Positions 41,267 through 56,100 are shown, counted from the stretch's first letter. The stretch: 64,000 nucleotides of DNA from Dictyostelium discoideum (GCA_000004695.1 CM000154.2:4416001-4480000); one strand, 5' to 3'. The notes: generated by a model from the letters alone, not told the origin. Numbers and translations are program-made.

Positions 41267-42868
41267 AATAATATTAAATGTTAGTAATTAATGATTGACT
41301 ATGGTTATTATTGATCTAAGTCTAATTTTTAATTAATTAGCTTACCTTCAGTATGCCCAATATTTGATTTAATTGATCCAATTAAAACTTGTTTATGATT
41401 ATTATTTGTTGTTGCTGGTGCTTTATTGAAAACTCTTGATATACCTTCTAATTCTATTGGATCACCAGTTGGAGTACCAGTACCATGAGTTTCACAATAA
41501 TCAATATCAGATTCATTGATTTGACCATTGGTTGATTTGATTGCTAATTTGATATTTTCATACTGAGATGATTTTGATGGTGAATAAAAGTTTAATTTAT
41601 CAAAATTACCATCGATATTTGAACTTGATCCTTTGATTACACAATAGATATTATTTGAATCTTTGATTGCATCTTTTAATTTCTTTAATACAACGATACC
41701 AACACCTTCTGAACGAACATAACCATCAGCATCCGATGAAAATGTATGACATCTACCTGTTGGACTTAAAAGACCTAATTGTGTAAATGATTTTGAAATG
41801 TGTGGATCTATAAATAAATAAAAATTATTTGATAATTAATATATTTGTTTTAATTTTTTTTTTTTTTTTTTTTTATTTTTTTTTTTTTAATTTTTAAATT
41901 TATCACATACCTAATATAAAATTAACACCACCAACAATTGAAACATTTGATTTATTTGATTTAATTGAATTATATCCACAATTAATTGCATTTGATGAAC
42001 TTGAACAAGCTGTATCAATTGTTAAATTTTCACCTCTATTTTTTATAAAAAAATAATCACGATAATAACAATTAGTATTATAATTAAGTTTTTAGTGTGT
42101 GCCAAAAAAGATAAATCAAAAACATACCTAAAATCAAAGCAATAACCAATTCTATTTGCAACGGAATGAGTTGATGAACCAAAAATATTATTTTGAGTTT
42201 CAAATGATGATTTTTGAAGATTATTATAATCAATAGTACTACTACCAATAAATGTACTTGTATTGGTACCACGTAAACTAATTGGATCAATACCACTATC
42301 TTCTAATGCTTCCCATACACCTGTTTGTTGATTTTATTTTAAAAAACATTATTAATGGGTAAATGAAAAAAAAATGAAAAAAAAAATTTGGTGGTTATTT
42401 TTTATTTTTTTATTTTTTTTTTTTGGTTGGTTTCATTTTTATATTTTTTGGCGCCAAACCTGATGAAAATTTCCAAAACACTTATAATGAATACATACAT
42501 TTTAATAAAAATCTTTGTTGTGGGTCTATTGAACTGACATTATCATTGCTTGGATTAATTGCAAAGAAGATTGGATCAAATTGTTTCCATTCATCAAGTG
42601 GAAGTAAACCAGCAAACTTTGAAGCAATTTCACCATTTAAAAAATAATTATCAGACCATCTTTCAGAAGTTGTAACGATTCCATCCAATCCATTCAATAA
42701 TTCATTAAATAATTGATTTGGTTTGGAAATTGATTCTTTTAAACTACCACTTGGAAATCTTAAACCAATACCAATAACTGCAACATCACCACTACTACCA
42801 GCATCATCATAATCATTTATATCCCTTATTAATTGATTGTAAGTATTATTATCTGTATTTTGTACCAT
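32854..42868 (-). CDS. Type I iterative polyketide synthase, copy B (paralog of A), 7 exons, about 3075 aa
   Basis: Exons are 42499-42868, 42128-42320, 41911-42035, 41346-41807, 41006-41200, 33574-40932 and 32854-33377. Intron positions and domain motifs are identical to copy A. Length differences against copy A are confined to poly-N linkers and one codon in exon 4. Confidence 0.9.
33387..33508. repeat. (AAT)n microsatellite in the last intron of PKS copy B
   Basis: About 120 bp here versus about 30 bp at the same site in copy A (22570-22600) and about 95 bp in copy D (56704-56800). Confidence 0.9.
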
Positions 42869-43100
42869 TTTCTTTTTTCTTAATAAATTAATATAACAAA
42901 TTAAAATAAAATATAATAAAATAAATGTGATATTTAAAAATTAAAATTAATAGAAAAAAAATAAAAATTAAATTTTATTTTAAACTGTTTAACAATTTTT
43001 AGTTCATATCAAATTAAAATTAAAACTGATATTTTTAACAGTTTTGCTTACAAATTCAAAGAAGATCTGGGTGTGCTGATATTTATTTGGGAAAAATGAT

Positions 43101-43137
<37 letters not shown>

Positions 43138-44221
43138 ACAGATTGCACAGGTATAGTTTAGATTTATTTATTTTTAATTTATATAAAATCAAAATCATAA
43201 TATAACCCCCACTCCCAACATTAATAATTAATTTTATTCTTATTTTAACAATTTTTTTTTTTTTTTTTCATAAAGTTTAATATTTTCGTTGGAATTAATG
43301 ATTGGTTTTAAAATTTATAAAAAAACAGTTTATTGCAACCACATTTGTACAATAATAATTTTATCTTTTTTTTAATTGGAAAATGGTTATCAAAATTCTA
43401 ATAATGAATTTAATTTTTTCTGTTGTTTTAAAACGTTTCAAGTGTGTTTATTTTTAGAAATAATAAAAAGTTTATTAATTAATTAAAAAAAAAAAAAATT
43501 TGGTGGTTGATTTTTTTTTTTTTTTAAAAAAAAGATGTTAAATTTTAACCCAATTCCCCCATTTAAAGATCAATTTATTTTAACAAACAAAACGTTTTTT
43601 TCAATAATTTTTTTTAATATTATTTTATATAAAAAATAGTCCCTACTCTTTAAAATAATAAATCATAAAAAATAAAATAAAATAAAATAAAAAAAAAATA
43701 TTTTTTTTTATTTTAGTGATATTACCTTTTTTTATTTGATTTTTATTTAAATTGCCTCGCCGAATTGTTTTCGATTAGTTTTTAAATTTTAAAAAAAATA
43801 TCAAATTCCACTGGAAAATTTATATTATTTTTATCTTTAATTATTTTTTTTGGTAATATAACCATATTTTAATTAAAAAAAAAAAAAAAATAAAAAAAAA
43901 TATTAGAATCAAACCTTTATACTTTTATTTATCAATTAATTTAAAAAAAAGGCACTTTAACAATTGGTGAATAGAATTGTACTATATTAGTTAATAGTTT
44001 TCATGGTGAATCACCAAAATTATTTTTTATATTTAATATCTTAGTTCACATTTTCATAAGATCAAATTTTAGAATTTTATTGTTTGCCATTCATTCTTTG
44101 AAAATGGTTTTTTATTTTAAAGAACAACCAGAAGGGGGTAAATTTTATTTGTGATTTTTATAAAAAAAAAAAAATTAATTCGATTTGATTTATGAACATG
44201 GTCTTCAAATGATTGATTCAT

Positions 44222-47200
44222 TTAATTATTTTTGTTTTTGTTATTACTATTATTTTTATTATTATTATTATTATTATTTTTGTTGTTGTTTTTAGCCGAT
44301 TTAATAATTTCAATTGATTGATTGATTTTATTATTTTGTAATTGTTGAATTGTGATAATATTATGACCTAATTGATTATCGATAAAATTCTTTAATTGTA
44401 CAATCACTAAACTATCCATACCATATTGCGAGAGTTGAAGGTCTTCATTGATTTTAGATTCATCAATCGATAATAATTCACTAATTTTATTTAAAATTGT
44501 TGAATGAATAATTTCATTATTAGCACCACTATTACCACTAGAGAAGGATTTAATTCGATTTGATTTTTTAACAATATTAATTTGATAATCAAATTTTGAA
44601 TGGTATTGATTTGTTAAAGTTGGTGTTAAAACTTCAAAATTGAAATCTGATAAACAGTAATTTGGATATTGATGTTGATTTTGAATGAATAAATCTAATG
44701 AACTAATAACGAGTTGAGGTGAGAATAAATTTACAATTGAACTCTTAAACATTGTTTCAATTGCATTATTACGCGATACAAAACCGGTTGATGATATCGC
44801 ACCTAAATTAATGGCTAAAGATGGTAATCCAATTGAATGTCTATACTTTGATAATGAATCGATAACACTACATGCACTAACATAACAACATTGTTGGTCT
44901 GATCCAAATATTGAGACTACTGATGATGCCATTATAAATTGTTTGATATTCCATGAACGATTAATTGATTGATTGTGAAGATTAATTGCTCCAATCGTTT
45001 TAGCACCATGTGCATTATTTAAACGATTCATATCGACTTGTTGAACATCACCAATGTCTATCATAAATGCAAAATGAATGATTGAATCAATATTTGTAAT
45101 ATTTTCATTTAATTCTAATTGGTTCAATACTTGATTAACTTTATTTGAATCTTCAATATCGATTTGATTGAAATGGAATTTAATATTATTATCTTTTTTA
45201 AATTTGCTTTGATTGATTAATAATTTTAATTCCCATTTTAATTTTGATTTTGAAAGTATTATTATATTTTCAATTGAATGGTTTGAATATTTGATTAAAT
45301 ATTTTAATATTTCTAAAACAATACCAGTTTGACCAGTGAGTAAAATATTTTTACCAATATTTAATTTTGAAATATCATATGAATGTTTCATTATGATTTG
45401 ATTGTTATTACTTTGATAATTATTATAAACTCTATTAAATTCATCTTGATTATGATTAACAATGATTTTACCAATATGTTTTCTTTGATTTATATATTCA
45501 ATTGCATCTTTAAATTGATTATTTGAATATTCAATGATTGGTACACTTAACTCTAATTTATTTGAATTAATCATTTTGATAATTTTCTTTAAATATCTTT
45601 TGATTAATTTACTTGGGAAATCTTCGATATCCACATTACCATAGTTCATATTAAATTTGTAATGATTGTTTGTCATATAATCATTTGGTGTGAGATGAGT
45701 GATACTTAAATCAACGATACGTCCTGATAAATTTAAACATTGGAAATTTGAATCCATATACTCTGATGATAATGTATTTAATATTAAATCTACACCTTGT
45801 TGATGTTGTTCGACTACACCTAATTCTATTAATTTATTCTTAATTTCATAAACATAATCTTTATTACGAGATGAATAGATAGCAGTAATTAATGATCCAT
45901 ATTTATTTATTAAGTATTCTTCTTTATCTTTTGAACCAACTGTTAAAAATATATAACCTTGATGTTGTTTACTTTTTAATAAATCTAAAGATGATATACC
46001 AATACCACCTGCTGCTGAATGAATTAAAATTGATTCATTTGATTTTAAATTACCAATACTATAGATACTATGTAATGTTGTAATATAAATAGATGGTATT
46101 GAGGCTGAAACTGAATGACTACAATTTAATGGTTTATAATAAATAGAATTGAAATCTATAATAACATGTGAACTATTTGTTTTTGAACCGAAACCACAAA
46201 CTTGATCACCAACTTTAAATTTCTTTACATTACTACCTAATCTTGTAATTATACCACTAAAGTCATTACCAATTTTTGGATTATCAATACCAATACCATA
46301 TTCAATTTCTTTACCATATTTAATATCTAAATCTGAACCAATCATACCAATATACATTAAATAGTCTTTATAATTTATACCAGTTGCTTTAACTTCTATC
46401 TCTACTTCATTTGAATTTAATTCATCTTTTTTACTATATAATTGATATTCTATATTTGAATTTAATTGAATATATAAATTATCTTTATTGGTTTCAAATG
46501 ATTCAGATTGGAATTTACTTTTTATATTATTTGATCTTCTACAGTATCTTTCATAGTATACTTTATTATTATTAATTGTAAATTCTTTTTGAATATTATT
46601 ATTTGGATTGATTAAATAATTGATTAATGATAATTGTTGATTATTTTCAATTGAAACATTATCATAATTTAAAATATATAAATCTAATTGTGGGAATTCA
46701 ACGAAATAACGAGCAGCACCAATAATTGATGATGATAAATAATTATCAGTGGTTGAATTTAATGATAATAATAAATGTTTGAAATTATTTGATAATTCTA
46801 ATTTTAATATTAATTGATTAATTTGAATGTATTCAAATGTGATTTCTTTGAAATTTGAAGTATTCATTGTTGATTCAATTGATTTTAAAAATATTATTAA
46901 TGATTTATTACAATTATCTTTATTTTGATTATTTGTAATCCATGATTGAAATTCATTATAATTATTAATATTAATGATTTTATGTTTTAATTCTTGATTT
47001 AATCTTATTAAATCAAGAATACTACTGCTGCAACTATTTCTATTTTTATTATTACTAAATAAAATGATATTATTGAAAGAATTTAATTGATCTAATGATA
47101 TTGATTGTTCTGAAATGATTTCATTAATTGTTGGTTTTCTAGTTTGAATTAAAAATAGTAAATTATCATTACCAGACATTATTGTATCTCTATAATTACA

Positions 47201-50200
47201 TTGACTCAAAAGGTTAACCCATTTCTCTTGTTTCATACAACATCTATCAGGTCTTAATTCGATATCACCATCAGAGGATGGCCACCATTGTGAAAAACAA
47301 CCGAATATCGAATCAAAATAAAATGATTTGTATGGTGGTTCTATATATAAAAGTTGACCATTTGGTGTTAATATATTATGAATTTCATTTAATGTTGGTT
47401 TGAGTTTCTTAACGACATGCATAACATTTGACATTACAACGAAATCATAATAGGATGCTTTAAGATCTTGATCTAATAATGGTTTCTCTAAATCTAATAC
47501 ACGATAGATAATATTTAAATTGTTATGATTTGTAAATGATGAGAACTTTTCTTTAATTTCAGCGAAAAATGATGCAGATACATCACTCCATGTAAATTCT
47601 ATATTAATGATTGATGTTGTACTATTATCATTTAATAATTTACAAATCTTTTCTAAAATTAATAAACTAAGACTACCAGTACCACCACCTGCTTCTAATA
47701 TACGAAATACAATTGGTTCATTTAAAATTGGTTTTAGAGTTTCAACTATAATTTCACTTAATAAATTATTCAATGGTTGAACTACTCTTGAATTCTTATA
47801 AAAGTCATCTAAAAAACCACTTTCAAATAATGATTGTGGTGTATCTGTAATAGAATCATCATCTTTTAATGGGAATAACTGTTTTGCCATTATTTTAGTT
47901 GTTCTAATAAATATCTTTTCAATTTTTGGCTTAATATTACTTTGATTATTGTCATGGTTAAGAATATTACTATATCTCTTTAAATTTTCAAAAATGAATT
48001 TGAAAAGATTTTCATTTACTAAACTATTATAATATAATTGTTTAAATTGATTATATTCTAATGTTGTTAATGATTCTAAATTAATACTTGGACATCTATT
48101 ATTAATGTGTTTATAAAATAATGACAATAATAATTCATTTGAAATAAATTGATTATCTTCTTCGTTGACACTAAATTCATCCACACTATATAAATGTTTG
48201 AATTGTTCAGGTTTATTAACTACTGAATCTTTTGATTGAAGATATGGTGTATAAATATCATTTAATGGTGGTTTACAAATTATAGTACTATCAGGATTGG
48301 AGCCAAGTGAAACTAAAGCGCAAACTACATTTGAGATATCAACTAATAATGTACCATTTGGAAGTATGATTTTGACTGATATTGAATATGTTTGATAATT
48401 GGTTCTAGGTTTAATATCTGAAAAAACATATAATTCTTTAATATCATCATTATTGTTGTTTTCATTTAATGATGGAATATTTGAAAAGTAATATTTGAAA
48501 CCTTCAATTCTATCAAGTACGACTGGTTGTGTAACTGCAACTAATGACCCATGTAAACAAGTATCTAAAATTGCTGTATTTAAGAATTTATTCATATTGC
48601 TATTGTTGATTAAATGATTATATTCTTTTTGATTATAAATTTCATTTAATGATACTATTGATAATGAACAATTATTACCGATATAACATTGTTTTACACC
48701 TTGAAATAAACCTTTGTATGTTAAATTTGTTTTAATTCGAATAGTTTCATAAAAATCTTGTTTTGATATGCTTGTAAAATTACATTTATCTTTTAATGAT
48801 TGAATATTAATTAATTTGTTACTGATGATACTGTTATGTTTGGTTAAATTAAAATTACCAAGAGATGATAATATCCATTGATTTGTTTTTTGATCTTTAT
48901 AATGACTTTTAATATTGAATTCATTCTTTGATAGTGGTGCAATTGTAGTTTGTAAACATTGATTATTACCTTCTGTTAATACCAATGGTGATTTAAATTC
49001 TAATGAGCTAATTGTAATATCTTGATTTGGATAAATTGATAATAAATTGTGAACATATCCCATTCCTGGATAATAGAATTTATCACTAACTTGATGACCT
49101 TTTAACCATTGGAATGGAGATTTCTTGATATCGATAAATGTTTGATATGATGGATATGGTGAATCTGTATTATTGCCAAGACTATGAATGGATGGACCTT
49201 CACTTTTAATCTTTTCATGAAATGAAGCAATTTTAAAGTATTCTTTATCATCCCATTGGTAAAGTGGTAAATTATTTAATTTGGTTGTGTTACTAATGTT
49301 GTTGTTGTCATTGATTAATTGTGATTTGAAATTAATATCAAAATTATTATTGACATATAATAAAGAGATTGTCTTTAAGAATTCATTATAATCATTCTTC
49401 TTTTTATTTAATGGTGAATAGATTGTAATGTTTTTACCATTATTAAAGTAACTTGATTGAGTTGATTTCATTTGATTTAAGTAATATTGTAATGTTGGAT
49501 GTGGTGAAACTTCAATGAATGTAATTTCATTACCCATATCATTTGATTCGATATGTTTATAAAGATTTGTTATTGTTTGTGTGAAACGAACTGGTTGGCG
49601 AATATTTTCAAATGCATAATCTGCATTGAATGGCAAGCTTTGATGATTGAATAAATTGGTTGTAACTGTTGAAAATACTGCTATCGATGGTTGTTTTGAT
49701 GAAATATTTAATGAACATACTTCATCTTTAATCATTTGTTGACTTGATGTATGAAATGATGATAATAATCCTAACATTGTACAAAAGATATTATTTGATT
49801 TGAATTCATTGGTAATTTCATTTAATAAGTCTTCTCTACCTGCGATAACGATTGATGTTGGTGAATTGTAACATGCAATTTCTAATGATTCATATTTAGT
49901 TGTAGATTGATAGTTATTAATGAATTCATCTGAACTAATATTAACTGATAACATTCTACCTGTACCTGTGGTTCTATTTTGAGCTACTGATCTATGGTAA
50001 ATCAAGTAGCATAATGTTTGAAAATCAATCATACCTGAACAATATGGTGATGATACTTCACCAAGAGAATGACCAATGATAATATCTGCTGAAACGCCCC
50101 AATGTTTATATAATTCATAGAGTGATACTTGAATGATAACATTTGCAGGTTGTGCTAAAATTGGTTGATGAATTGATATTAAATCTTTATCATCAATTGA

Positions 50201-52561
50201 TCTTAATTTATCTAAAACTGAATAACCATAATATTTGAATAACTCTTTATCGAATCTATTGACAGATTCTCTAAATATTGGTTCATTATCATATAATGAT
50301 AATGCCATTTTATTATATTGTGAACCTTGGCCACATAATACCATTACCGTGATTGGCGATTTCTTTTTTTCAACTGTAATATTTGAAATTAAATTATCAC
50401 TATTTTCTAATTTGATTTGATTATTTTCATCTTGAAATTCATTCCAATCACTTGCGATTATAACTGATTTTTGAATTAATGATGTTGATTTGAATTTAAT
50501 TTGATTGTGTACCAATTCTTTGAAACTTGTTGTGGTTGTTGGCGATGAGTTTGAATTTGAAAGTTTAATTATTGATGATTTATAATTATTTAATGATGTT
50601 GATGAATTGCTTGAGAGTGGTATTAAATATTTCTTTTTTTCATTAACTTTACTATCAATTTCAATTTTGTGATATTCATTTTCATAACGATTATGATGAT
50701 TTTTTTTTAATTCAGATAATATTAAACAAACATTTGAACCTAAATTAAAATTGATAGTTTTAAATTATTAATATAAGTTATTTGGAATCATTAATGATGT
50801 ATATTTACCAGTTATACCGAAATTATTAACTAACATGACAGTTGATTTATTTTCATTAAATTTAATTGGTTCAGTGACAACTTTTAATCCCCATTCTTTA
50901 AAATTAATTAATGGATTTGGTTCTTTGAAATTAATATTTTGAAGAAATAGTTTATTTTTAAACATTAAACAACATTTAATTAATGATGCAACTCCTGAAC
51001 ATGCTGTTATTATTTATTATTATGAAAAATATTTAATGTTAGTAATGATTTATAGCTCTAAAGTTAATTAATTAACTTACCTTCAAGATGTCCAATATTT
51101 GATTTAATTGATCCAACTAAAACTTGTTTATTATTATTTATTGTTGTTGATGGTATTTTAGCACTATTGAAAACTCTTGAAATACCTTCTAATTCTATTG
51201 GATCACCAGTTGGAGTACCAGTACCATGAGTTTCACAATAATCAATATCAGATTCATTGATTTGACCATTGGTTGATTTGATTGCTAATTTGATATTTTC
51301 ACACTGAGATGATTTTGATGGTGAATAAAAGTTTAATTTATCAAAGTTACCATCGATATTTGAACTTGATCCTTTGATTACACAATAGATATTATTTGAA
51401 TCTTTGATTGCATCTTTTAATTTCTTTAATACAACGATACCAACACCTTCTGAACGAACAAAACCATCAGCATCTGATGAAAATGTATGACATTTACCTG
51501 TTGGACTTAACATATCTAATTGGGTGAACGATTTTGAAATGTGTGGGTCTATAAATAAAATTTTTTTGATAATTAATATATAATTCTAAAATTTTCTTTT
51601 TTTTTTTTTCAAATTTATCACATACCTAATATAATATTAACACCACCAACGATTGAAACATTTGATCTATTTGTTTTAATTGAATTATATCCACAATTAA
51701 TTGCATTTGATGAACTTGAGCAAGCTGTATCAATTGTTAAATTTTCACCTCTATTTTTAAAATAACAATTAGTATTTAAGTTTTATTCTTCCAAAAAAGA
51801 TAAATCAAAACATACCTAAAATCAAAGCAATAACCAATTCTATTTGCAATTGAATGAGTTGATGAACCAAAAATATTATTTTGAGTTTCAGATGGTGATC
51901 TTTGAAGATTATAATAATCAATAGTACTATTACCAATAAATGTACTTGTATTGGTACCACGTAAACTAATTGGATCAATACCACTATCTTCTAATGCTTC
52001 CCATACACCTGCATGTTTGTTAATTTTATTTTAAAAAACATTATTAATGGGTAAATAAATAAATAAATAAAATAAATAAATAAATAAATAAATAAAAGAA
52101 AAAAAAAATTTTGGTGGGTTCATTTTTTTTATTATTTATTTTTGGCCAAACCTGATGAAAATTTCCAAAACACTTAATAAATACATACATTTTAATAATA
52201 ATCTTTGTTGTGGGTCTATTGAACTGACATTATCATAAGTTTGATTAATTGCAAAGAAGATTGGATCAAATTGTTTCCATTCATCAAGTGGAAGTAAACC
52301 AGCAAACTTTGAAACGATTTCACCATTTAAATAATAATTATCAGACCATCTTTCAGAAGTTGAAACGATTCCATCCAATCCATTCAATAATTCATTAAAT
52401 AATTGATTTGGTTTTGAAATTGATTCTTTTAAATTACCACTTGGAAATCTTAAACCAATACCAATCACTGCAACATCACCATCATCATTTCTATCAACAT
52501 CATCATCATCATTTCTATCCCTTATTAATTTATTATTATTATTATCTATATTTTGTGTCAT
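44222..52561 (-). pseudogene. PKS copy C, 3'-truncated: KS-AT-DH-cMT-ER-KR-ACP intact, reductase domain and last exon lost
   Basis: Exons are 52189-52561, 51816-52008, 51626-51750, 51081-51548, 50809-51003 and 44222-50739. The reading frame is open for about 2623 codons. Homology to copies A/B ends at about 44185, inside the sequence encoding NESIISRP of the reductase domain. A deletion of about 70 bp relative to copy B shifts the frame to a TAA at 44222-44224. Sequence below 44185 is unrelated to PKS. It could still be expressed as a reductase-less PKS. Confidence 0.75.
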
Positions 52562-52574
52562 TTTCTCTTTTTAC

Positions 52575-52690
52575 AAATAAATAAAATAAAATAAAATAAA
52601 ATAAAATAAAATAAAATAAAATAAAATAGAATAAAATAGAATAAAATAGAATAAAATAGAATAAAATAGAATAAAATAAAATAAAATAAA
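52575..52690. repeat. (AAAAT)n / (GAATAAAATA)n minisatellite immediately upstream of the PKS copy C start codon
   Basis: Direct read: aaataaaataaaat... then five units of aataaaatag. Confidence 0.85.
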
Positions 52691-53975
52691 TAAATAAATT
52701 TGATATTTAAATAATAGAAATAAAAAAAAAAATTAAATAAAAAATTTGATGACGTTTATAGTTTTTGAAAAAATAAAAATAAAAAAAAGGTTAGATTGTT
52801 TGGATATTACTTTCAACACAAATAATTAATTTTAATTTTTGTTTTTTTTTTATTTGACCCAAAATTATGTTTTTTTTTATTTTTTTTTATTTTTTTTTTT
52901 TAAAATCTGGTGACTCTATATAAAAAACTATTTAATAGATTTAACTTAATGTATAGTTTGCTTTTGTGTTTGTAAATTTAGAAAAAAAAAAAAAAAATGA
53001 AATGTTGCAACTTTTTTATTTTTTTTGTTTCTATTTGATATCTCTTTTTTGTTATATGTTTACTTTACGAATTTATTACAGAAAAAATATAAATACATTC
53101 ATCTAAAATATAAATGCATTAATCTAAAATTTACATTTTTTCTGAAATCTAAAATTTTATACATTCATCTAAAATATGATTTTTTATTTCAGAAAGTGAT
53201 ACCTTTTGGTCACATATTTTACATGGCACAACTATTGGTGAAAGTTTACTCATTTCAGTCATTTTTAAATTTAAAGATAAAATATATATGTATTAGACAA
53301 AAAAAAAAAAATTAAAAAAATTTATATGAGACTCCTTATTATGTTTTATAAATTTTAATACGACAACAATTTCGACAAAAAAAACATTTTTTTTTCAAAA
53401 AAAAAACTTTTTTTTTCTGAAAATATTACACCCAGACACAAAAAATTAATTTTTCACCACTTTAATGCTGAAATTTTTACACCCTTAATTAGATTATAAC
53501 TTTTTTTTTTTTTTTAATTTATTGTTTTTATTTTTATTTTTGTTTTTATTTTTGTTTTTAAAATTAAATAATAAAAAAACAGTTTATTGAAATCAAGATG
53601 TTGAAGTATATTACAAAAGGTACAATGGTCATTTTTTTATTTTGGTTTTTTTTTTAAAATTAAAATAAAATAAAATTAAACAGTTTTCAAAAAATAAATT
53701 AAAAAAACTTTTTTTTAAACTGTTTTCAAGTGCGTTTTTAGAAATAAAAAAAGTTTTTTAATTATTAATAAAGAAAAAAAAAAAAAAAATTTGGTGGTTT
53801 TTTTTTTTTTAATAGAAGGTTAAAATTATTTTAACCCACTTCCCCAAAATTTAAATATATCAATTTGTTTTTAACAAAAACATTATTGGTTTTTTTATTT
53901 CATAATTTAAATAGTTTTTTTTTAAAAAAACTTTAATATAAAAGATTCTCAATTTATATATTTTATAATATTACA

Positions 53976-55730
53976 ATGAATACAATATTTACAATTATTT
54001 TAACAATTACAATATTAGTATTATCATTAATATTAAAAGTAAAATTTTAAAATATTATATATATTATTGACTATTAAAAATTAAACACTTACTTATACTT
54101 TTATTTTTTTAAATAGGATTTATTATTTGAAGGTAGGATTAAAAAAATTAATAAATTAATACCTGGTCCTTCTACAATTCCAGTTTTTGGTAATTTATTA
54201 CAAATTAACGCAAAAGATTTCCCAAAAAGTGTAAATGATTTCTATGAAAGATATGGCAAAGTTTTTAGATTAAGATTGGGTAGTGTTGAAATTGTTGTTC
54301 TAACTGGACCTGAAGTTATTGATGAATGTTTTAATAAAAAACATAGAGAAATTTTCAAAGAAAGATATATTAAATTCTCAAGATTTTTGGGTAAAGATTA
54401 TAATATTTTTTCTTCAAATGGTGATTATCATTATGTTCTAAGAGGAATTCTTACAAGTGAAATTACAACAAGAAAGTTAAATAATGGCAGATTAGAATCA
54501 AATAAATTTATTTTAGAAATGTTTAGTAATCTTTGTAAAGATAATAAAGAAACTCTTGTTAAAAATACACCAAATCAAATTAGGATTCTTGCTGTTAAAT
54601 TAATATTAAATTTCACATTAGGAATTGAAGAGAATGACGAAACCATTCTAATCATTGTAGAAAAGATTAAATGCATTTTTGAAGCTGCTGGATTATTAAT
54701 TTACTCTGATTATTTACCATTTTTATTTCCATTAGATATAAAATCAATGTCAAAGAATGATATTATTTCTAGTTACTTTTTTATAAAAGATTTTATAGGT
54801 ATAAAACTTGATGCTATTAAAATTAAATATGAAAAAGAAAATGAATTGAAAAATGAAACTACTGATGAAACATCTTCAAAACTAAACAATATTCCAATTA
54901 TTGAGAATTATTATAAAAATTATTTAGATGGTTCAATTCATTATGATTCAATCTTGTTTTCAATTTCTGATATTATTTTTGCAGCAGTTGATTCAACATC
55001 CAATGGGTTTAGTCTTTTAATTGGTCAATTAATTAATAAACCTGAAATTCAAGATAAAATATATGAAGAAATCATGAGAAATGATGAAAATAATAATACA
55101 AATAATATATCATTTGCTGATCATACAAAATATCCATATATTATTTCTGTAATGAATGGTAATTATCCATATATATATATATATATTGGTATTAATATGT
55201 GTTGATATATTTTTTCAAAAAATAAATTTTGTATTAATTTGAATAATAGAATCATATAGATATAATTCTTCAGTACCAATAACTGAACCGAATAAAACAA
55301 CAGAAGATGTTGAAGTAAATGGATATAAAATTGCAAAAGGTACAATGATAATTAAAAATCTTCGTGGTACACATTTATCAAAAGAGTTTTGGGGTGAAGA
55401 TGCTTTAGAATTTAAACCAGAAAGATTTAAAAATCAACCTTTAAATCAAAAAGGACTTTTTCATTTTGGTGCAGGTATGTTTTAAACTATTTTGAAATGG
55501 GAATCAAAATTTATCACTAATACAATAATAAATATTATTTTATTTAAACAGGAGCTAGAGCTTGTCCAGGAGGAAGATTTACAGAATCTTTTACTTTTAC
55601 TTTTTTGGTGATAATGTTAAAGAATTTTAAAATAGTCAATCCAACTGATATTCCAATTGATGTTGAAGGAGAAGTTGGTTTGGCAATGCAATGTAAACCT
55701 TTTGATGCCTTATTCATAAAACGTAATTAA
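53976..55730 (+). CDS. Cytochrome P450 monooxygenase, 4 exons, 502 aa
   Basis: Exons are 53976-54038 (MNTIFTIILTITILVLSLILK, signal anchor), 54117-55158, 55250-55474 and 55552-55730. Donors are GTAAAA, GTAATT and GTATGT. It has the I-helix AAVDSTS (AGxDTT-like), the PERF motif (EFKPERF) and the heme-binding loop FHFGAGARACPGGRF. It is divergently oriented to PKS copy C, whose ATG is about 1.4 kb away. Confidence 0.85.
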
Positions 55731-55914
55731 AAAAAAAAAAGAATATATTTTTTATTATTTTAATTATTGTTTTCATTTAAATGTAAATAAAAAAAAAAAA
55801 AAAAATAATATTTAATATATTTGTTTTTTAATTTGGTTTCTTTTATTGTTTTTTTTTATTATTGTTTTTTAATTATTTTTATCATTAATTTTTTTTTTTA
55901 TTGTATTTTTTTTA

Positions 55915-56100
55915 AGAATTATATTTTCAAGATGGTTATTTTATAATAAACCCAGATATTAATTAAGTGGTCACTTAAAATATTAAATAACCAGTTTGAA
56001 TGATTAAGATAGATCAATTACCTATCACTCATATTATATTTGATAACAAAAATAATAAACAATAAGTAATAATTTTATTGCAATCCTATATAGGATTTTG
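55915..56100 (+). other. Degenerate partial copy of the 3' end of the 19370-21847 orphan gene (relic of the duplicated unit)
   Basis: 55921-55990 is similar to 21301-21360 (agatggttattttataataaacc.agatatta.ttaagtg). 56003-56100 is similar to 21806-21895 (atcaattacctatcactc....ataattttattgcaatcctatat). About 440 bp of the source gene between those blocks is absent. 56100-56165 continues homology with the region downstream of the PKS-A stop (21985-22080). Confidence 0.7.

Noticed and set aside
51064-51513. 149-aa ORF (and 31573-32016, 42482-42868, 52136-52561) as stand-alone small KS-like genes
   Set aside because: They are internal or first exons of the PKS genes. Canonical splice sites link them in phase to the neighbouring exons.
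53025-53315. 96-aa plus-strand ORF in the PKS-C/P450 intergenic region
   Set aside because: It has low-complexity sequence (HLKYK repeats) produced by the repeated catctaaaat promoter motif. There is no coding signal.
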